DNA of 59,065 nt, counting the filler, from Perkinsus olseni (Eukaryota): NCBI GenBank assembly GCA_013115125.1. It is 2 parts of 2 records of this genome, joined end to end, with 100 filler letters (N's around TTAATTAATTAA, not from the genome) between each part and the next. Parts side by side here need not be neighbours in the genome. Positions count along the whole stretch, not along the records: positions 1 to 29,597 come from JABANN010000431.1; 1 more part is not named here. One strand, written 5' to 3'. The stretch's first letter is position 1. Every line of letters starts with the position of its first letter. Shown piece by piece: positions 1-10,751 of this stretch. Made by a program: the position numbers and the translations under genes. Below the pieces are notes generated by a model, which had not been told where the DNA came from, did no database searches, and worked only from the letters and a program-made list of their open reading frames with translations.

Positions 1-647
1 TCGATCTTCAAAATCAATCCTCAAGATCGATCCTGGGACTGGTTTATAGGTCTTTTACTGAACAGCCCGACGGTCTCGGAAAAGTGATAACATTTGAGCG
101 TCCCGCGCAGGCAACTGAAACGCGCTCGCTCAGAGAACCACCTAACCCACAGCCAAGCCAGTCATTCTGAGGCACTCGGTCAACTCAAGGCCAGAGCACA
201 GATACCATGCCGGTCGCTTGCCTTGGCACAGTAACACTGTGCAGCATCGCACGCGAAAGAAATCCATACTCACCCTACGATGCGCTAATTTACCCTACAC
301 ACAACGAGTTGTGCTCCGCATCAATGGAAAGCAAGTCTGCGCTGCCTTGGAGAGCAGGGCGGAATATCGAGCGTGGCAACGGTCGAAGGATGCTTGCATG
401 AGGGGGTTTGCATTTGTTGCAACGCAACGCCGGTAACGCCGGACAGACGAGCTATTTACTGGCGAGCGAAATAGAAGTTGCTCTCAGCGGAGCGGAGCGT
501 ATTTTTGCTGGCAAATGGCAGGGGGTTAGGAAGTGATGAGATTTCAAGTCGCAGCGCTGTTTCTACGCGTCACCCGTGACGCGTGCAAGGCTCGGCAGAG
601 TAGACGAACCATTGGGTTATCAATGTGCAGTTCAGTTGGTACAATAA

Positions 648-1518
648 ATGAAGATCTTCTTGACCGTTGCTGTGACCATCATCAACGCTATCCTCTGGGA
701 AGGGTGCGGTAGCAAGAGCAGCAGCAATGGTGAGCCCCGGACTCAGGAAACCTATTCGAACCATCCGTTTCAGGAGCTTCCGGTACTACTACAGTCGCCC
801 CGACTGCCCCTCCTCCTCCTCCTCCTCCTCGTCCTCCTGTAACAACTCCGAGCATCGGCCCTACTCAAGCTCCTGGACCTGCTCCCATCGGAACTTTCAA
901 CTACGTTGGGCCCGTTCCCATTCTATCCAACATCAACGCTACGATTATCACATCGGATGCCAACCCAAGTGCCCTCGTTATAACCAGACTGTAAGTGGTT
1001 TTAAATTCCCGTTGCGTCGGCATCTCATTGTACCTTCATCGAAAGCATCTTCGTTTGGGCTTGGTGCGGTACCGCCTTGAGCGGAGACACTTCGTCTCCC
1101 ATCGTCGAAGTGATAGGATTTCAGGCTCATACAAACCACACGTCAGCCACCTACAACCCTAGTCAACAACACGCAGTCGGTGCCTTTCCACATGGAAGGA
1201 GATAAAGTCAAGATAGATGATTTTAGCGCTTTCCCTTCGGTTGCGCTACAGGCTGTGAGAAGTGAGTAACGGATAGTGTCGAGACGCTTTGTTCGGCCTC
1301 GCTTTTCTTCTCTGAGCAGTTGCGGCTGCGAGCTCGTCTGTCTTACGACCGACCTCTTTTCGAGAAATTCCTATTCAGATGCCACTATCACCTACACCCC
1401 GCCTGATGACATTCTCATTGACATTGAAGTACCGGTTTCGGTTTCGATTACTCTCAAACGCGTCCCCGCTACGAGGCGTATGGTGGCTCACTTGTCGCAG
1501 CAGTTATTATCGATATGA
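648..1518 (+). CDS. Secreted/surface protein with signal peptide, Thr/Pro-rich linker and C-terminal domain (multi-exon)
   Basis: ATG648 MKIFLTVAVTIINAILWEGC (hydrophobic leader). Intron 730-773 (gtgag..cag) joins GASGTTTVAPTAPPPPPPPRPPVTTPSIGPTQAPGPAPIGTFNYVGPVP. Further GT-AG introns follow; the last exon DATITYTPPDDILIDIEVPVSVSITLKRV..LLSI* ends at 1518. Confidence 0.7.
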
Positions 1519-2161
1519 TGAGGGGGTGTCTTCGAGCCCTCTGTGTAAGGCGATGATACGTTATGTAAGGCGAAGAGACCCTTTGTGGTTCTGTTGTCTT
1601 GTTGTCGAGTCAACGGTTGGCTTCTTGCGAGGTCTGCCATGTTTCGAATTTTCTGTTGATGTCTACATTTGGGTTTCAGTCTGGCTTAGCTCAGCTGCTC
1701 ATTGTGGCGTATTTCCTATTATCAACATTTCGAGTATCTACGAACTGCATCAGCTTGTGTTGTTCCTAGGTAGTTGGGCACATCAGGAACGCCGCAACCC
1801 TTCCTTTTTCGACACGCAATAGTAGCCATCGCGTCATCTCGACTCTTGTCAGCTCAACTTATGTGATATATATTCGAGTTTTGTAGAGGAGAGGCTACCT
1901 AGCCCAGCCTGATCATTGTGCTTGGACTTGCACGGCAGTAGCACTTTGTGGGAATCTGTTCTGACAATCTGTTTTGATCTACAGCTGAGCTGATGCTCGT
2001 ACCTCATTATTTGTGAGAATAATACTAAGACTGTTGTAGCATCCCAGGAGTGCTCTTAGCGATCGGAAGTGCTGTGGCAGCGGTATACGGATAGAGCGAC
2101 ACTCGGGACGATCGTTGTTGCCACTTTTCTTTCAGTTTGTTCGTCCTTGTCGTCAGTTCCA

Positions 2162-3777
2162 ATGTGGTTCGTGGTGGACTGTTGCGGTATAACCTGTGTT
2201 ACTATCGCTGACCTACTGCTACTCTCAGCCTACTACACGATTGGTTATCGGATTCTATGGACGTGGATGCACACTGATGGGCGGGGCTATGGGCCTTCAG
2301 TCGCATTCGCTCTCTTCAACCTCTTTTTCGTGAGGCTTGCCTCGCTTGGTGCGTCTTCAATCTTGGTCCGTCCTCTTAGGTCCTTTCAGTCTGGTCACAC
2401 TTTGCATGCATGTTGACGGATCCAGGATCGGTAATAGCCTCGAACGACTTCTGTCTTCTGCGCTACTTGCTCGTCTCTCTCCGCATCGTTAGTTCACTAA
2501 ACTTGACCAGGATTGTGCGGTTCTTCCTTCTGTTTCATACTGTGTGGTCGCTCATTTGTATCGTCATCGCGGAGGCTATGATTAGCAGTATCAGTGGCAT
2601 TGTGGCCTCTCGGCAGGTGCCGTTGAATAAGTCGCTGGATGAGGAGGACTTGGAAGCAGGCAGGAGTTCCGGTGTTATTGAGATGGCCTCGCGGGCGATA
2701 TCTGAGTAATAACTACTATTTCTCGTGCTCTTCGAGTGTACCCTTGGGTGCTCGGCAAAGCCTAGTCCCTAGCCTAGTACTTCGAATTCTCGTAGGCATC
2801 GGCCGGCGGTGACTTCTTCGAGTGCCCCCGCAGGAATGGGCTCAACTCCGCAGACGCTGTCGAGTGTCAACGACAGCGGTCAGCGAACTAGGGAGACCCA
2901 GCCGCATCAGCCGTCGTCCGTGGCATCCGGAGGGACGGTACCTCAGCGAAGATACTGTAAACGGTGCAAGATCCCTAAGCCTTCACGGGCGCATCACTGC
3001 AGTAGGCTGATACTCAGCGAGACAATGGTCTTACCGAAGCTCATTTGAAGGTACTTGTAGAAGATGTGTACTAAAAATGGACCATCATTGCCCCTGGGTA
3101 AACAACTGCGTCGGAATGTGCAATCAGAAGCACTTCATGCTCTTACTCACGGTGAGGAAGGAGCCCTTTCTTCTCTGAGAGCATCTTCCAGTGTGATTAC
3201 CTTCAGTACGTGTGTATGCTCTGTGGCCTGTCTGTCCTCACCATCGCCGCTCGACTGCATCACTGCCACAACCGAGAGCATTTTGTAGTGCCCTTCGGCA
3301 GGATTGGCCTACCCGACCCAGCAGAAAACAAGACAGATGTATGCAACATCGACGGCCCTCTCATCGGGTTCGGAATTGTACTAGGGTATGGGTGTCGGTG
3401 GTGATTATGATGCATCTACTGTCAGTTAACTTTCTTCTTTGGCCTGGTCTTCGGCCTCTTTACCATCATCATGCTCTGCGACCAGACATCTGCTATTATG
3501 TAGGCGTGAGAGGAAGTGATGCTAGAAGTGATGGTTGTCTCTTGTTAGACATAACCAAACCGGGGTAGAGCAGTTGCAGAATGTGAGAGGCCCCACACAG
3601 AGCTGGCGGGAGAATATTAGAGAAGTCTTTAACGAGGGCACGGCCGCTACACGTACCGCGCCTTCTCACGTGGAATCTCATGGACTGGCTCGTTTTTCAG
3701 GTATTCCCACATTCATAGCGATGCTCCTGCCTTTGCCAACGAATCGTAGTCGTGCCCCAGCCAAGGGCCTCGAGTGA
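2162..3777 (+). CDS. DHHC-type palmitoyl acyltransferase (ZDHHC family), multi-exon
   Basis: N-terminal TM segments ([25 protein letters not shown]..), [16 protein letters not shown], then after an intron [26 protein letters not shown] (DHHC codons from 3080), further TMs, and a stop at 3777. Confidence 0.93.
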
Positions 3778-4201
3778 TTGTTTTTTGTCCACCATTCTGT
3801 TTTTGTAGATATATATCCATATATATATCATTTCCACGAGCTTAATTGCTGTTATGCATTCCTTTGTACCTTTGGTCTTCTCATAATCATTTCTGCCGTA
3901 CTGAGCAGGCATTTGTGGTTAATCAAAGGTGGGCCCGTCAAGACAGGCCGCCTGTGAACAGTGTAATCGGGAAGGGGGTATCTTTCAATTCTAGCCCGCT
4001 CATAGGTCAGCATATAGGTATTGCCGGGTGGTGAGGGTAGTCGTGTAGACGACTCCATCCCTCGTTCGGGCGAAGGACGGTGGATGAGCATTGGTCATCG
4101 GAATATGTCCTTGCCACAGTAAAACAGACGTCGCCACAACTCTCTACTGCGTGTAGACGAACCGCTCCACTAAGATAGGGCAGATATCGCACCACTGGCA
4201 G

Positions 4202-5063
4202 ATGCCAGTAGATTTACCCACCCGAATGATCGCAATGAAGAGAATGCTGTCTCTCACTCTTCTCGGCATCTGCCTTCTGGGTGCTGTTGGTGACACTGTG
4301 GACTGCTGGGTTGGAAGGTTCTCTTGGCAGACCTGTTGTGATCCGATACGCTTCGGGCCATTAGGAAATGGCGATTGCTGGGACGGGGAGCGAGGTGAAC
4401 GGATCTGACACGTTCAAGCGTCGTCACCACCCATCTGCCAAAGGTATCACCGCCGAAAGATGCTGCCATGGTAGCGTTGATACCGTCGAGGATCATCAGC
4501 TCGTCCAGCGTGGCAACCCGGCATGTTGGGTTGGCGAATTCACGTAACGCGGGATCGTCAGCGACCCTACTGATGTTACAGTCAGGTTCAAGCTATGTTG
4601 TTCTACGGAGGACTACGGCTCTAGGGGCAATCCAACTTGCTGGAACGACGAGTCAGTTGTCGTTCGATGGATGCTCGCAGCCGCCGTTCTGCGGACGCGG
4701 CTCGTCTCCAGACAACGATGGCGACGGGGGTGTTTCAGGTTCACCTTCGAGCGCTGCTGTCATGAGAGTTATCTTGGGGGTGTCGATCTACCCGCTCCGG
4801 AGTTCCAAGGGAATTCTGACTGTTGGCTGGGCAATTTCCAGTACCCCTCGACGTGACCGAACCCTCATTGAACGGTTTGATGGGCAAGGTACGACAATTG
4901 CTGCAACACGCTGGAGTACGGCGCGGACGGCGATCGTCAGTGTTTCACGGATGACACGTATCCATTCAAAAACTGTTGTTTGCAAAGGTCTTTCCAGTGA
5001 GACGCGCCGCCTTTTGTTTCTGACGATGGCCTAAGCTACCAAGATGGAGAGTATCTATCATAA
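4202..5063 (+). CDS. Secreted protein built of six Cys-rich GN-x-x-CW-x(7-10)-CC repeats
   Basis: Signal peptide MLSLTLLGICLLGAVG. Spliced repeats: DCWVGRFSWQTCC, GNGDCWDGERGITAERCC, GNPACWVGEFTFKLCC, GNPTCWNDEFTFERCC, GNSDCWLGNFQYDNCC, GDRQCFTDDTYPFKNCC. The start ATG is ambiguous; the stop is at 5000, or at 5063 if a last intron is used. Confidence 0.75.
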
Positions 5064-5213
5064 CCGATTCAAGCATTGCCTCAGAAAATCTATCATCAGA
5101 GCCGTTTTTGGCAGTACTTCTCGATTAGACACTGTGCTGGTAATGCGGCTCGGAGTTCTGTTGGTGACGCTGCGCTTGCGGTACTTCTTCTAACTGTTTT
5201 TATTATTCCCCTG

Positions 5214-8010
5214 ATGATTGACCAACCAGTCGGCGACAACTACACACGGATGGTCTCCCAGGTGAGGAGGGCTGGTCTCTACTCACTACAACCGACGTGC
5301 TCTGTCAGGGGAAGATACGGGTGGACCCGGTGACCAGGGGAGTCAAACCCGCAGGAAAAAGTGAGTCCCGACCCATCCACCTCCGCTCCGCTAAGAATTC
5401 TCCCGCAGGCATCGCGGTGTTTGACGACTCTGCCGAGTGTGACCTTCAGCCCGATATCTACTTCCCGGCACCGCCCACCCCGGCAGGTGAGAATAACTTA
5501 GATAACTGCTGGGGCAAATCGGCTTTGGTCGTCATCAGAGCAAAGAAAGTACCGGAGGGACTACGAGCCAGGCAAGATGAATGTCCATTGGGGTATGGTT
5601 GGGTTGGAACGGGAGACTGATCCGAGTACCATCTCTCACGGTATCAAGTCCCTCAAAGGGGAGAACGCGGAGAGGACTATGAAGGTGGGGAATTATAGTT
5701 AACGCCCCTCACGGATGGGGGTGTCTAACATTTTGCTCTGTTCACGCGTGGATGGTTGCTAGATGGTGTCCTGCCAGGCACAGGAGAGGGTAGGGGTCGA
5801 CGCGTACATGGACGAGTGTGCTGAGCAAGTGTACGCTTCCACCACACGAGAGCCTCTGGGGAAGTCTTACGTACGGGGGCACGAACTGCCTGAGGAGACC
5901 AAGGCAGCTTCCTTTGAAGGTGAGGCCAGAGTCACTCCGTCTGCTTTGTTCAACACACGCAAACTGGAGACGTTAATGAGGCGTTAATGATTTTTCCCGA
6001 GACCCTCGAGCACACTCAGCTTATATGTATTCACGGTCGCGTCCTGAGCATCATGATGGGCCAGTGGTTCAGGGCTCTTGTCTTGATATGGCAGGTTTTG
6101 GTTTCAAGCCCCCAGACTCTGATTACACTGCGAAGGAGAGTATCTTCCCCGTCGATGTCGCTAGAGAGGACAGTCCTGAAGTTCGGGACAGGTAGCTAGG
6201 CCGCACAGCGGACCATCTTCTCATAATCTCAAGTCCCTACCTGTTCGTCGCCCACGACTGTCTAGGAGTGGCAGGAGCTCAAACCTAGAGTGTGCTCCTA
6301 ATCCCATTGACTGGGCATCATCCTGCATCACCCCAGGTACCGGTTCACTCACCAGAACTATCAGTGTGGAGAGTTGATCAACCGCGACTATACCTGGTAG
6401 GGAGGATCCCCGCGACCATGCACTTTCCGGTCAGTTCACTTCGTCACAGGCCCGAGGAGACAGCGAGTCCCTACTTCCGATTTGGAAAGATGGAGAAAAT
6501 CCAGCTGGCTGCTGGGGAAGGAGCGAGGCAGGCTCTAACGTAGCTCGCAGTTGCGGCGGTCTTGCAGCGATGATATGTCATCCGCTCTCAGGTGGAACGC
6601 GGTGGACGAGAAGACAAGAATTGTGGGCCTGCGGGCTGAAGCAGCGCGGGAGGTTGTCAATGAACCTCTCGGCGAAGCGAAGAACCTCATGCAGGTAAGA
6701 GATGGACTTCAGCATGCGCATAGACTGCAGTGCCGATGTTGTTTTGTCTCACAGGGGTCGCTACCTGTACCTGAAGGATTCGTATTTGGCGTCAAGTCCG
6801 GTGAGTAACACTCATGCGCATTGCATTTGATCGCCTTCGTGGCCCGGGGTTAGGAGCACCTCCGATTTGCTCCGTCCATCAGGCGATGCAAGGGCCGATT
6901 CTACTGACAATGTCACGGCTGCCGACTGCATCCACTACAACGCATCGAGCGAAAGGGAGATACTACCAGACGCAGACCTCGGGAAGTGCTTCAACCATCT
7001 TTCTTTTTTGAACACACCGGCGTATGCACACGACTTCAGGTGTATGAAGCGAGGCAAGCGGAACGTCACGGATGAGTCCCGTCAGTTCGGCTGTCCCAGC
7101 ATAAGGAACGATATTCCGAAGTAAGGCGTTTGCGATGGCGTGCACTTTCCTGAAGCATCCAGCGGCGGGCGATTTGTATAAGCCTTCTGCCGGAGTTGAA
7201 CCGACGACCTCCCGCTTACTAAGCGGGTGCTCTACCAACTAAGCTAAGAAGGCTTGAGAATTTGATGTGCTGCTTGTCCGCCGCTTGGTTGACTACTTCA
7301 GGCCCCTCGTAAGGAGCGTGGCTGATATACAGAATTACGGCGACGAAGTTGGTTGCGATAGCTTATTACACCCACAGAGGTACGCACGAGCACAGGCTAG
7401 AGCTTGGTCGGCCGGCCGGTCAATCCCCGGTAGCAGCTGAGCTGCAAAGTCTGGTTTAAGCGACCAATGACTCGCTGGTACACATACAGCTATCCTATTC
7501 GCTACGATGAGCGGAACAACCAGTATTCACGCTCATCCAGGTTCGAGTCAATGGGCGTTACGGACGAACAGTTTCTACAACGTCGATCGAAAGAAGAGCT
7601 CCGGTATGGCGAGTCACTCCGGTTCAACTTTTGCGGAAGATATCTCTCGTAGTCAGATCGATTATGCAGCTGGTAATGCCCTCGAAGTATGCTCCAGATG
7701 ATGAAGCGAAGGCCAATCTGTTCGAGAGGCTCTGGCCTGAGGTGGGCCTCCCCGCGCAGTAGAGGCGGTCATGATTGGACTTTCTCAGGCTGTCGCTGTG
7801 TTCGGTGATGACCAACAGCTCGCTTCTCTGGATAGCTTCTTCTATGTCTTCACTAAGTTGGTGATAGGCCCCCGAGTTAAAGAGGAGACCAGTGAGTCTG
7901 ATAGGATTTCTACTCTTTACCTTCCTTCTCCATGGGGCCCTAGACCGACCGGAGTCCTTGTGTGCTCAGGGAGCCTGGAGACAATCTTGGCCGAGCATCG
8001 CGCCGATTGA
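5214..8010 (+). CDS. EFHB: EFHB/CFAP21-like flagellar microtubule-associated protein, multi-exon
   Basis: Spliced blocks recall EFHB/CFAP21 in the expected order: ISHGIKS, EQVYASTTREPLGKSYVRGHELP, GFGFKPPDSDYTAKESIFP, RYRFTHQNYQCGELINRDY, EPLGEAKNL..PEGFVFGVKS, PDADLGK, FGCPSIRNDIPKPLVRSVADIQNYGDEVGCDSLLHPQRFESMGVTDEQFLQRRSKEELR. Family recognised from memory. Confidence 0.8.
7181..7253 (-). tRNA. trnT(AGT): tRNA-Thr, anticodon AGT
   Basis: Minus strand GCCTTCT TA GCTTAGTTGGTAGAGC A CCCGC TT AGT AA GCGGG AGGTC GTCGG TTCAACT CCGGC AGAAGGC T: full 73-nt cloverleaf with A- and B-boxes and no encoded CCA. Confidence 0.97.
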
Positions 8011-8280
8011 TGAGTTGATAAGGCCACTACAGCATTCATGTTTAGCATGCGCGAAACATGTGGCACAATGGTGTGGTGCTGTGCGGAGTTGTGTCCTTGC
8101 GTTTGAGCTCAGCCAGTTCAGTATATGGACTACCGCGGTAACCGGTGTATGAGTATAATTACCTTTTAACACGATGCGAAGTGTAGGTAGAAAAAGTCGA
8201 AGCGTGTAAGAATACGCGCGTCCATTCGATGTGGTTTCCGGGAGGTTCCACTTCAATCATCGAGCACGCTCGAGTCCCAC

Positions 8281-10649
8281 ATGATCAGGAGTATGGTCTC
8301 ACACGACGCCTCAGCATCCAATGTCACTCGGCGTCGGCTCATCTTGGCAGCAGCTGTTGTCGCTGGCGCTCTCTTCACGCTGATATTCGTCCCTCGTCGG
8401 GAGGGACAGGGCGACCCACTCATCCTCTTCTTAGGAATGCCGGGGATTCTCAAACCTCCTCACAGCGAAAACACGGAGAACCAGAGCACTTCAGTGAGAG
8501 CTATCGTCTTCCGTTGCCTGCGCGTCCTCATCTGGCTCTGATCACGTCTACATGTATCCGGCTTCCCTTGGCCTAACCCGTTTGCTCGATATGTGACTCT
8601 TCCAAACCTGTCAGTGCACCCGCAGGTGCCGTCATCTGTACAAGAAGGGGTGACATCCCCATCGAACTCATTTCTCGAGCCTGAGAAACATTACTGGCTC
8701 AACGTTACTTCGACTCCTATTGAATATACCGAGAGCTCGAGGACAGAGCAGGTGGGTCCGGTCTCCTGGCCCAGCTCATGAGTACACTGACACCCAGCCA
8801 GAAGGATCCAGCACCCTTCGACCTGTCTACCGTCACTCTCAGACTTCGATTGATCTTCCATCGGGGATGTTCCCTGGCTGGGACGGTGACGCATATCTGA
8901 GCAAGTTCTACGGTGGGGATATTGACAGAAGCTTCTGGTCTAATCTGGGCGTGCTGTATCGGTCGCCCCAGAGCCTCTGCAAGCTCGGTCGTGTACAAGC
9001 GGCTTTAGAGTCAGGCGACGAGGTGGCAAGCTCGACCAGTGTGAAGGCCTGTGCTTCAAAAAGTTGCGCTGAATCGCACAGTGATGCCCTCCGGCTCGGT
9101 GTTAGGTGGTCCGCCTCCTCTTCATCGGTTGCTCGATGTCCCAAGGAGTGAACGCCTGCGGGAGAAGCTCGAGGATAGAGATCTGCCCTGGCTGTGAGGA
9201 TCGGTGGGCAACCCTCTCACTCCGTCCATGCAGCGACCTCGGATGGCAAGGCCGAGCGGTGGAGCGATCTGTCAGGCCGGATAGATGAGGACTCATCAGG
9301 GTCGGCGAACGGGACATGCAGTACCTTCGAGGGTTGTGTCCGCACGGGTAAGTACAACAGAAACTACTGCGGCTGCTGTAGTTGGATATCAGTCTGGTAC
9401 AGATGGTTGAAGTAAGACAGTCGAGGTATGAACCCTCGTCCAGAGAATCGCCCTTCTCAGGAGACGCTACCCCAAAGCCGACCTTCGCCCGCGCAAGGTT
9501 GGCTGCAAGCGAGGCTGCAATGCTGTTGTGGCGGCAACAAGCCTCAACAGCGACCTCCGCAGTGACGGTCTGTGGCCTCTGCGATCCACCGACTTGGTTC
9601 TTGTTGACCTGTCGGCCTGCGAGATCGTGGCGGACGGCGTGAAGCTTGACGACTCCTATCGAAAAGCCCAGATCACCACTTTACAGAAGCTAGCTCCTGC
9701 GGCAATTATTTTGGCTCTCCATGCGCCAAGGCAAATACCAGGCTTTTCTAACTCTGGCCTGAAGGAGCTGTACCAGGCAACAGCGGAAGCCACTGATACT
9801 CCCCTTTGGGCGTGGCAAAGCGTTGCAGAAAAAATGGCAAAGCGATTGGCGAGAACGGGCCCCGGGTCCTGGCCCCACCCTCACTGGCCCCTACACTTCC
9901 TCATAGCTGACTTCATGGCCATACTATGGAACTCCGAAGTCACGGAACAAGACGTCGCCTGCGACGGTATTGATTCCGCTAAGCCGAGCGTATCATCAGT
10001 CGAGGGCTCCTTGGGCTGCGATGATCTACCTCCCGAAAGAACCACAGTCTTCAGCGCCGATGCTCTACTGACGAGTATTCGAGAAGGCACGGCCGGCATC
10101 GGTTGGGGTACCAACGGTGGACGCGTCAGCCAAACTGGAGGCGACTGGAATTTGTGAGTCCCATCAACTGGAAATCGCTGCTCATTCTTTTGTGTGATGC
10201 CCCAGGGTTGAAGAGAGGCCCGACAAACCAGGCTGGGTGGCGGCCACTTCTCGTACCAGCGGCTCGCTGGAGTTCACCACCCTGGCAAAGTCAAGTCAGT
10301 TTTGAGCGTACTGAAGTGCTGTGATTTCATGCCCTCTTCCTCTGCAGATTCCTCCGCTCTCCGACTAGAGGTGTTTTTCCTCAAAAGCTACGAGGGCCGA
10401 GGAGCTGTACAGGTTCGCCTCTGTGATGACAACTTCACCACGCTCAGTATCGATAGTCTATGGAATGCTAAGGTGTCCTTATTACAGATAGAATCTACAC
10501 TGTGGAACGCCACGGCAGCCTGCGGTGAGTACGTGACGAGTTGTTCTCGACATGTGTGCCTTCAGGCGAGAAACGAGAGAGGGTTGTTTCCGTCCTTCTT
10601 CTCCCGAATGCTACACGCGGTGGTAATGCGTTCAAGATTAGCAAAGTGA
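8281..10649 (+). CDS. Type II membrane-anchored SGNH/GDSL-like hydrolase or acyltransferase, multi-exon
   Basis: N-terminal RRR + hydrophobic anchor (LILAAAVVAGALFTLIFV); block I-like RLLFIGCSMSQG; block III-like DLVLVDLSACE; block V-like WPHPHWPLH; C-terminal LEVFFLKSYEGRG..IDSLW segment typical of protist SGNH-like proteins. Confidence 0.6.
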
Positions 10650-10751
10650 TGGTGTGTGACGTGTGATAAATTATGGTCGGACATGCGCCTTCCTGTTGTG
10701 TTTGATATGCAAGTATTCCTTTCGACATAGAACAAGGCATTGGGCGGACAC

